A stretch of 64,000 nt of DNA from Terriglobia bacterium (GTDB lineage: Bacteria; Acidobacteriota; Terriglobia; Terriglobales; Acidobacteriaceae), in contig CAWCPY010000017.1 of assembly GCA_963797385.1 (NCBI GenBank), positions 1,335 to 65,334 on the forward strand, given 5' to 3'. The notes under the pieces were generated by a model, which did not search any database, had not been told where the DNA came from, and was given only the letters and a program-made list of their open reading frames with translations. Position 1 is the first letter of the stretch. The number at the start of each line of letters is the position of its first letter. This document shows, in pieces, positions 28,387 to 35,644 of the stretch. Made by a program: the position numbers and the translations under genes.

Positions 28387-29910
28387 ATGAAGAAGTTGCT
28401 GCTGATCAGATTTATTTCGACTCTGCTTTTGCTGTGCGGGATGGTGGTTGGACAGGAAAAAGCTCAGGAGAAGGCTGCCGACAGCAGCAATCAGCCCGCG
28501 CTCACCATCTACAACCAGAATTTCTTTGTGGCACGCGAGTATGTGCCGCTCGATCTCGGGCCGGGCGTCAACCATGCGCAGTTTGCCGGCATAGCCTCGC
28601 ATCTGGAGCCGGATTCCGTGATTCTTCGCGACCCCGGCGGGCGGGCCTTGCAGGTGCTGGAACAGAACTACCGCAACGATCCTATCTCCCAGGAGCTGCT
28701 GCTTTCTTTCTATGAAGGCAAGACGATTGACTTCTTGGTGCAGCGCGCCGACAAGCAGGAAATCATCAAGGGAAAGATCGTGCGCAGCGGTTACATTCCC
28801 AGCACTTACTACGCGCAGAATTATCAGCAGCCGTCCTTCACTCAGCCCATCATCGAAATCGATGGCGTGCTGCGCTTCGGACTGCCCGGCCAGCCACTGT
28901 TTCCGGCGCTCTCCGGCGACACGGTTCTTAAGCCGACTCTGAGTTGGTTGTTGCAGACTAACGATCCCGGCAAATTCGACGCCGAAATTTCCTACGTCGC
29001 TGGCGGCATGAGCTGGCAGTCCGACTACAACATCGTGGTCTCCGACAATCCCAAGGGCAAGACCGATCTGCTCGACATGGTGGGCTGGATCACCATGCGC
29101 AACCAGAGCGGCAAGACATTTGAGAACGCGAACATCAAGCTGCTGGCCGGCGACGTGAACAAGATCGCGGCTCCAACCTCCGCCATGCGGGCCTACGGCG
29201 CGATGAACAAGGCCATGGCGGATGAAGCCATGGCGCCCGCCGTCAGCGAGAAATCGTTCGACGAATTCCACCTTTACTCTCTGGCGCGGCCAACCACGCT
29301 GCACGATCAGGAGACCAAGCAGGTTGAGTTCGTGCGCTCCACCGGCATCCACGCCCAGCGGCTCTACGTGTACGACGGCGCGCAAGTGGCGCAGTACGGC
29401 TACTACAACCTGGAACAGATTCGCCAGGACCAGAACTACGGTACGCAGTCGAATCCCAAAATCTGGGTAATGGAAGAGTTCAAGAACGCCGACGTAAACC
29501 ATCTCGGCATTGCTCTGCCCAAGGGCAAACTGCGCTTCTATCGCCGCGATACCGATGGCCACCTGGAATTTGTCGGCGAGAACGTGATTGATCACACGCC
29601 GAAAGACGAAACCATCCGCATCTTTACCGGCAATTCGTTCGATGTGGTGGGGGAGCGTAAACGCACCAACTATCGCGTCGATTCATCTCAACACTGGATG
29701 GATGAGTCGTTTGAAATCCGGGTGCGCAATCACAAGAAAGAAGCGGTCACGGTGCGCGTGGTCGAGCACCTGTATCGCTGGACCAACTGGAAGCTGACCG
29801 AGCAGTCGCACCCGTCGCGCAAGACGGATGCGCAAACGGTGGAGTTTCCCGTAACCATCGCGCCCGACGGCGAACAAGTCATCACCTACACGGTGCACTA
29901 TTCGTGGTAG
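28387..29910 (+). CDS. secreted DUF4139-like protein
   Basis: Signal peptide. The N-terminal LTIYNQNFFVAREYVPLDLGPGVNHAQFAGIASHLEPDSVILRD resembles DUF4140/DUF4139 proteins as I recall them. This family assignment is unverified. Confidence 0.55.
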   Translation: MKKLLLIRFISTLLLLCGMVVGQEKAQEKAADSSNQPALTIYNQNFFVAREYVPLDLGPGVNHAQFAGIASHLEPDSVILRDPGGRALQVLEQNYRNDPISQELLLSFYEGKTIDFLVQRADKQEIIKGKIVRSGYIPSTYYAQNYQQPSFTQPIIEIDGVLRFGLPGQPLFPALSGDTVLKPTLSWLLQTNDPGKFDAEISYVAGGMSWQSDYNIVVSDNPKGKTDLLDMVGWITMRNQSGKTFENANIKLLAGDVNKIAAPTSAMRAYGAMNKAMADEAMAPAVSEKSFDEFHLYSLARPTTLHDQETKQVEFVRSTGIHAQRLYVYDGAQVAQYGYYNLEQIRQDQNYGTQSNPKIWVMEEFKNADVNHLGIALPKGKLRFYRRDTDGHLEFVGENVIDHTPKDETIRIFTGNSFDVVGERKRTNYRVDSSQHWMDESFEIRVRNHKKEAVTVRVVEHLYRWTNWKLTEQSHPSRKTDAQTVEFPVTIAPDGEQVITYTVHYSW

Positions 29911-29917
29911 GAGTTTC

Positions 29918-30012
29918 GTAGCGCCGGCGTCCCGCCGGCTGTCCGGGCGGGCATCCTGCCCGCCCCCGGGGGCAAGATGCCCCCGAGCCAGCCGGCAAGA
30001 TGCCGGCGCTAC
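29918..30012. repeat. tandem GC-hairpin element bounded by GTAGCGCCGGC / GCCGGCGCTAC
   Basis: Hairpins GCCGGCGTCCCGCCGGC, GGGCGGGCATCCTGCCCGCCC, GGGGGCAAGATGCCCCC and GCCGGCAAGATGCCGGC. Sister copy of 3461-3560. Confidence 0.8.
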
Positions 30013-30046
30013 ACGTTCGTGCTGCAGACTCTCAATCCGGAGGGCC

Positions 30047-31144
30047 CTAATCTGATATCCGCAATCGAGGATCTGCAATCTCGTTTGTCGGCGGGTACTT
30101 CACATCGGGATACACCCGGTCGAACACCACCCACAGCAGCGCCAGCAGCACGAAGAGCAAGACGCTGCCTTCCGGTCCGACGGAGCCGCCGCTCAGCCAG
30201 CGCGGGCCCTGCAGGGAAGAATGCAGCAAGTGGCCGGGGGGCGTCCAACCGCTGTTGGGGACCGAGTAGAAATAGCTCTCGCCCCAGTCCCACGCAGCAT
30301 GAAAGCCGATCGCAAACCAGAGGTTTCCCGTGCGCCGCAGAGTCAGGCAGAAGAAAAAGCCGATCATCATGGCGGCCAGAATTCCCACCCAGTCTTCGCC
30401 CGGATTCTCCAGATGCAGCGCGCCGAAGCCCAGAGACAGCAAGATCGCCGCCGGCCAGAAGCCAACACTCTCGGTCAGGGTGAACTGGGTGTATCCGCGG
30501 GTGAAGAATTCTTCGTAGAAGCCCACGATCAGGAAGAACACGGCCCAGAACACGGCAAACTTCAGCAGGCGCACGCCGTGCAGGGCGACTGCCCCAAAAT
30601 AAAAGACGTGGGCCCCGCGCAACGCCAGCATCAGCACGGTGAGGGAACACATCCCCCACAAGGCGCCTACCCAGAAAAGCCGGCCAAAGGCGTTGGCTGC
30701 AGGCATGCCGTAGCAGCCGAATGCCCGATCTTCGACCCGGGCCATGAGCAGTGCCGGAGCCAGCGCGATGAGGGCGAGTCCCAGTTCTGCAGCGGTCTGG
30801 AGCCACAGGCGTGACACGTTGGGGAGGCCATAAGCGATGAGAACGTAAAGACAGAAGCGCAGGCCGCGGTACAGAATGAGATAGAGCGCAAGGCGCCATA
30901 TCGGACGCAGGCCGCCGCGCCCGATAAATATCTTCTGCGTCCATGCTTCGAAGGGAGAGAGTTTCGTCAGCTCGAAGCCGGAGGCGATGCCGGACGCGGG
31001 AGACGCGGGAGAAACCTCATCACGTTCACCGGGCTGGCTGCCTTGCGGGTCATCCATCTTTGGTTCGTCCATCTGTGGAAGTTTCCCGATTCGTCCCCCG
31101 CCATGGTAAAACACTCGCCGGTTCGTCATGGGACGATTCTTCAC
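30047..31144 (-). CDS. CPBP family intramembrane glutamic endopeptidase (CAAX protease-like)
   Basis: EEFFTRGY, FGALH and HAAWDW motifs in a multi-TM protein. The start is uncertain because it overlaps the divergent ORF by 17 nt. Confidence 0.75.
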   Translation of the reverse strand: MKNRPMTNRRVFYHGGGRIGKLPQMDEPKMDDPQGSQPGERDEVSPASPASGIASGFELTKLSPFEAWTQKIFIGRGGLRPIWRLALYLILYRGLRFCLYVLIAYGLPNVSRLWLQTAAELGLALIALAPALLMARVEDRAFGCYGMPAANAFGRLFWVGALWGMCSLTVLMLALRGAHVFYFGAVALHGVRLLKFAVFWAVFFLIVGFYEEFFTRGYTQFTLTESVGFWPAAILLSLGFGALHLENPGEDWVGILAAMMIGFFFCLTLRRTGNLWFAIGFHAAWDWGESYFYSVPNSGWTPPGHLLHSSLQGPRWLSGGSVGPEGSVLLFVLLALLWVVFDRVYPDVKYPPTNEIADPRLRISD

Positions 31145-32381
31145 TCGCGAAAGATTCGGCCGGCCCCAGGTGCTGGCTTCATGCCTGCTGCTGGCGTTTC
31201 TGGCGCAGTGTCTCTGGCTGGTGGAGAAGGGGGTGCGCCACGAGACTGTGAATCCCGCGGAGATTTACCGGCTTGAGCGCGGGATTGCCTTGTGGAAGAG
31301 CAAAGGCGCACCCAGCGCAGATACGCAGGGGGCGCCCGATCTGGGCGAGGAAGACTTCGGGAACGAAGTAGATCCCGCTCTCCGCCTTGCTCTCGCTGGC
31401 GGCGCCTACGATGCCCACCATTCGCCGCTGTGGTATCTGATTGCGGCCGCCCCGCTGTGGCTGCGGCCGGTGGCGCTCCAGCCCGAAAACATTCGCGCCC
31501 TGCACTGGTCGGCGGCCGTCCCTTACCTGGGTTTTGGCCTGCTCCTCGGCGCTTCGCTGTGGTACGTGGCGCGGCGGCTCTTCGGCAACGCCGGCGGATA
31601 CGTAGCTTTGGCCCTTTATTGTTTCTCGCCAGGAATTGTGCGCTCCTGCGCTCTGTGGTTTGCCGAGCCTGAAGTCGGCGCCGCCTGGGGCGCGTTCGGC
31701 GCCATCTTCACCGCCATAGCCGTGGCCCACACTCTGTACGCCCCGCGCGAAGTGGTGGTGTGGAACTGGCGGCGCATTGTGTTATTGGGACTGTCGCTGG
31801 CGCTCGCGGTAGGCTCACAGTTTTCGCTGATTGTGGTTGTGCCCGCCGCTCTGGCGTTCATGCTTTACCTCGCGCCTACGCGGCGCCTGGCGGCGTTGGC
31901 GATCTGGGCGGTGGCTTGCGGGATCGCGGTTCTCCTCGTCTATGCGTCTTATTTTTTTCGGGCGCGCGCTTTCTGGCAGGGGATTATGCACGCGTCGTTC
32001 TTCGGTCTCTCGTGGAAGGCGTACACCATGCCGCAGGCGTATGGTCAAGTGCTGGCGCAACTGGGACAAAGCACTCCCGCACTGGTGCTGGCCCTGCCGG
32101 TCGCGCTGGTCACTTACTTCAGTTGGCCCCGCACGCGCTACTTCGGCAACACCGCGCCTCTGCTGGTCGCGGCCTTGTCTCTGGCGCTCGCCGTGGGTAC
32201 GCCGCACTATCCCGGCCTCGGTTTTCAATTCATCGTTGTACCCTTCCTGTTCGTCTTCGTGGCCGGCATCGCCGCTGATCTGCTGGAGACTCGCCATCGT
32301 CAAGTCGTCCTGGCGGCGGTATGGGGCCTGCTGGTAGCGAATGCCGCCTGGAACTTGTGGGAGTTGGCTCGCGTGGTGTGA
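31128..32381 (+). CDS. polytopic membrane protein (possibly GT-C-like glycosyltransferase)
   Basis: At least 9 hydrophobic segments. No catalytic motif recognised with confidence. Confidence 0.45.
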   Translation: MGRFFTRERFGRPQVLASCLLLAFLAQCLWLVEKGVRHETVNPAEIYRLERGIALWKSKGAPSADTQGAPDLGEEDFGNEVDPALRLALAGGAYDAHHSPLWYLIAAAPLWLRPVALQPENIRALHWSAAVPYLGFGLLLGASLWYVARRLFGNAGGYVALALYCFSPGIVRSCALWFAEPEVGAAWGAFGAIFTAIAVAHTLYAPREVVVWNWRRIVLLGLSLALAVGSQFSLIVVVPAALAFMLYLAPTRRLAALAIWAVACGIAVLLVYASYFFRARAFWQGIMHASFFGLSWKAYTMPQAYGQVLAQLGQSTPALVLALPVALVTYFSWPRTRYFGNTAPLLVAALSLALAVGTPHYPGLGFQFIVVPFLFVFVAGIAADLLETRHRQVVLAAVWGLLVANAAWNLWELARVV

Positions 32382-32514
32382 ACGTGACTATCGTCACAGG
32401 CTTACTCTTCAACCACTTAGAACCTCCGCAAAGTTAACAGAAACATAGACAAACCAACCTGCCTCTAACGGGCTCTAAGTAAACGGGGCGGGTTTTTGCT
32501 CAGGGGGCTGCGCC

Positions 32515-33309
32515 ATGGTTTCGAAACTGGGGTATGATTCGCATGTGAAGGGGCTGAACTCAGCCACGGTAGCGGTACTGGCCCTGGTCCTGGGCGGATT
32601 GGTTTTCCTCGCGTCCGCTACCGATGCGCAGATCAATGGCACCCCAGCATCCGTGACCTCGATCAACTCCGGCGGCCACCTTAATTCCACACCGGGTGTA
32701 CCTGCCAGCACCACATCGCTCGGACCGAACGGGCTTCAGCCGAGGAATCCGGGTTTTAATCAGCCAGGTTGTTGCACCCTGTTTCAGGTGAATCCGAATC
32801 CTGCGCGTGGCCAGCGTAATCATCATCATCGCAGCGGGCAGTTTTTCCCCGGCGGAGGCGCGGTTTACGTACCCTATGCGTACCCCGTGGTGATCGGTGA
32901 ATCCGGACCCGACGATGCGGCGGACCAACAACCGCTCCAGCGGGAAGAGGACTACCGTGGAGGCCCCACCATCTTCGACCGCCGCGGCCCGGGCCAGGAG
33001 GCGCGCTCTTATGCAGATGCCTATCCGCAACGGTCGAGCCGCTCCGAGAGTGAAACTGAGGTTGCTGCAGCCCCGTCGCCGGCCGAAGCTCCCGTAGCTG
33101 ACCAGCCCCAGACCGTGCTGGTCTTCAAAGACGGGCACCAGCTGGAAGTGCAGAACTACGCCGTGATTGGCGACATGCTGTACGACTTGACGCCGGGACG
33201 TCATCAGAAGATCCCGCTTGCCGATCTGGACCTGACGTCCACCGCGCAGCAGAACGACGATCGTGGCATTGATTTCCGTTTGCCGCCGAGCCCTGAAACG
33301 AGCAAGTAA
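32515..33309 (+). CDS. secreted hypothetical protein, paralogue A
   Basis: TM/signal segment. The C-terminal ~70 aa (PQTVLVFKDGHQLEVQNYAVIGDMLYDL...KIPLADLDLTSTAQQNDDRGIDFRLPPSP) are shared with the next gene. Confidence 0.45.
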   Translation: MVSKLGYDSHVKGLNSATVAVLALVLGGLVFLASATDAQINGTPASVTSINSGGHLNSTPGVPASTTSLGPNGLQPRNPGFNQPGCCTLFQVNPNPARGQRNHHHRSGQFFPGGGAVYVPYAYPVVIGESGPDDAADQQPLQREEDYRGGPTIFDRRGPGQEARSYADAYPQRSSRSESETEVAAAPSPAEAPVADQPQTVLVFKDGHQLEVQNYAVIGDMLYDLTPGRHQKIPLADLDLTSTAQQNDDRGIDFRLPPSPETSK

Positions 33310-34065
33310 ATGCCAAGCCGGTTTATTTTCGCCGTCCTCGCCGCCGCGCTCTCGATATCGCCAGTCACCGCCCAGATTCGCATCACAGGCGCGGCAGGCT
33401 TCGGTCCAAGCGCCGGCTCTGCTGGAATCAGGCCAGGCGGAAGCGGGTCATCGGCGTTCGGGTTTTCGGCACACGGCATGGCCGGTGGTTCCGCGCGCTT
33501 CCATCAGGGGCACGCGTCAGGGCGAGGCGCGATTCTGTTTTCCTACCCGTATTTCTATCCGGATTCCGGCATGGGCTACGACTCCCAGCAAGCCGCGCAG
33601 CCCCAGGTGATCGTGGTTCCGGCCCCGGCGCCGGCCCCGCCCCCCGCGCCGGCGGCGCCGCGCGAGTCATTGCTGATCGAATGGCAAGGCGATCACTTTG
33701 TACGCACTACCATGTCCGCGAAATCCGCGACCGGCCAGCAAACCGCGCCCGACTACTCCGAGAAATCGGCACTCACTTTGCCTGCTGCCGGACGACCGGC
33801 GCCGGGCAGGATGGGCGCAGTTCAACCGCGCGAGCTTCCGCCGGCCGTCCTCGTATTCCACGATGGCCGCAGGGAAGAGGTGAGCGATTACACCATCATG
33901 AGCGGGATGATTTATTCCAAGGCGGATTACTGGACCACCGGTTCCTGGACCCGGAAGATACAGATTGCGGATCTCGACGTGCCCGCCACGTTAAGGCTCA
34001 ATCAAGAGCGGGGAGTGAAGTTCGTGCTGCCGTCCAGTCCCAACGAAGTAGTGGTCCGGCCCTAG
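33310..34065 (+). CDS. secreted hypothetical protein, paralogue B
   Basis: Signal peptide MPSRFIFAVLAAALSISPVTAQ. C-terminal PPAVLVFHDGRREEVSDYTIMSGMIYSK...KIQIADLDVPATLRLNQERGVKFVLPSSP. The ATG directly follows the TAA of the upstream gene. Confidence 0.5.
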   Translation: MPSRFIFAVLAAALSISPVTAQIRITGAAGFGPSAGSAGIRPGGSGSSAFGFSAHGMAGGSARFHQGHASGRGAILFSYPYFYPDSGMGYDSQQAAQPQVIVVPAPAPAPPPAPAAPRESLLIEWQGDHFVRTTMSAKSATGQQTAPDYSEKSALTLPAAGRPAPGRMGAVQPRELPPAVLVFHDGRREEVSDYTIMSGMIYSKADYWTTGSWTRKIQIADLDVPATLRLNQERGVKFVLPSSPNEVVVRP

Positions 34066-34086
34066 GTTTTGCCCAATCCCGCCTTT

Positions 34087-34557
34087 TCATGGACGCGTAC
34101 TCCACCACAGAAGCCCGATAAACAAGACCTGCATGGGTGCCCGCAACAGCAGAGGCGTCGCTGGTTTGCCGGCCAAGGTCGTCTGCTTAAGTGCAGCGTT
34201 CACATTGGCGGGAAACATCGCGATCAGCAGCGCGATCAGGCAGATGCCCGCGAGTGCGCGGAAGCGTGGCAACAGCAATCCGACCGCGCCCATGAATTCC
34301 AGAACGCCGGTGAAATAGATCAGCAGCATAGGCCGCGGAAACATGGCCGGCACCATTAGCACCAGGTCATGTTTCACCTTGGTGAAGTGTGCGATGCCGG
34401 TAAAGACGAACATCAGCGCCAGCGCATAGACGGCCGACCCCTGCCACGTGGCAAGCGCACTCGCACCCAGCGCTCCGACTCCCCGGAGCACCAGCCACGA
34501 CGTGAACAAGACGACCAGCACCACCATATGCGGGAAGCTCAGCTTACAGGAGATCAC
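34087..34557 (-). CDS. small four-TM membrane protein (DoxX-like)
   Basis: Four hydrophobic helices of DoxX-family size. The assignment is tentative. Confidence 0.5.
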   Translation of the reverse strand: MISCKLSFPHMVVLVVLFTSWLVLRGVGALGASALATWQGSAVYALALMFVFTGIAHFTKVKHDLVLMVPAMFPRPMLLIYFTGVLEFMGAVGLLLPRFRALAGICLIALLIAMFPANVNAALKQTTLAGKPATPLLLRAPMQVLFIGLLWWSTRP

Positions 34558-34577
34558 CCTGGGTTACTGTCCTCAAC

Positions 34578-35309
34578 TCAACTCGGATACCATCCCCCGT
34601 TGGGATTGACCGTCTGTCCGGTCATGTAGCCATTTTCCGCGAGCAGCAGCACCACCGAGGCCACTTCGTCCACGGTGCCAAAGCGTCCGACCGGAATCAC
34701 GTTCGAAGTAGCTCGAGGGTTCGCGCGCAGCATATCGGTCTCAACCAGCGCCAGGCAAACCGTGTTGGCCGTAATGCCCTCCTTGGCCAGCAACGCGGCA
34801 TAGGAGTGCGTGAGCCCGAGCATTCCGGCCTTGGACGCGGCATAGTGCGGCCCCACTAGTCCGCCCGTCTGTGCCGCGGTGGACGAAATATTGATGATTC
34901 TCCCCCAGCGCTGGGCCCGCATCTTCGGCAGCACCGCCTGAGTCACCAGGAATGCGGACTTCAGATTCACGCTGATGTGTTCCTCCCAGTCCGCTTCGGC
35001 AACGTCCTCAATCTTGAGTTGGCGTGCGATTCCCGCATTGTTCACAACAATATTCACGGCCCCGAGTTCGCCTTCAATTTGCGCAACCATTTTCTGCACC
35101 TGATCGGATTGCGAGACGTCAGCCTGAACTGCCAGCGCGCGCCGCCCCAGGTTCCTGATCGCAACGCAGACTATCTCCGCATCTTCAGAGCGCGCCCGGA
35201 AGTTGACTGCGACGTCTGCGCCCGCTCCCGCAAGCGCCAGCGCAACCGCCGCTCCGATACCGCGGCTGCCGCCTGTAACCAGAGCTATCTTTCCCTTCAA
35301 AGTCTCCAT
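34578..35309 (-). CDS. SDR family oxidoreductase (FabG-like 3-oxoacyl reductase)
   Basis: TGGSRGIG cofactor motif, NNAG, and catalytic YAASK. Confidence 0.85.
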   Translation of the reverse strand: METLKGKIALVTGGSRGIGAAVALALAGAGADVAVNFRARSEDAEIVCVAIRNLGRRALAVQADVSQSDQVQKMVAQIEGELGAVNIVVNNAGIARQLKIEDVAEADWEEHISVNLKSAFLVTQAVLPKMRAQRWGRIINISSTAAQTGGLVGPHYAASKAGMLGLTHSYAALLAKEGITANTVCLALVETDMLRANPRATSNVIPVGRFGTVDEVASVVLLLAENGYMTGQTVNPNGGWYPS

Positions 35310-35499
35310 AGAGTTGACCCTTGCAGACCCAGATTATCCTACTGTCGAGGCCCCGCGCTGCGAACCGGATTGGTCATCCGGGAAGGGGGAGTTGTGAACC
35401 CTTTTTCCGAGCTCGTCCATGGTATAATTCTCATATCGCGAATTCGCGGTAACTTCCTGTAAATGCAATTGTTTAGGGCGGAACAATGGCTGAGCTATC

Positions 35500-35623
35500 A
35501 CGTGTGGGTCGGACACTCCTGTCCGACGCTTTTGAAGTTGATTTTACCCCGGCATTGTTAAGGATGAACGACTCAGAAACAACGCAAGTCAAAGGCAGCG
35601 GACAGGAGTGTCCGCTCCACACA
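35500..35623. repeat. MITE-like element with hairpin termini, ending 21 nt before the gyrA ATG
   Basis: ACGTGTGGGTCGGACACTCCTGTCCGACGCTTTTGAAGTTGATTTT ... GCGGACAGGAGTGTCCGCTCCACACA. A related copy lies at 55645-55787. Confidence 0.8.
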
Positions 35624-35644
35624 AGCTAGGAGCTAGAAGCTTAC

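Noticed and set aside
35625-35644. GCTAGGAGCTAGAAGC upstream of gyrA as another heptamer-periodic palindrome.
   Set aside because: Only two 7-mer units are present with no complementary arm. The AGGAG most likely just serves as the gyrA Shine-Dalgarno sequence.
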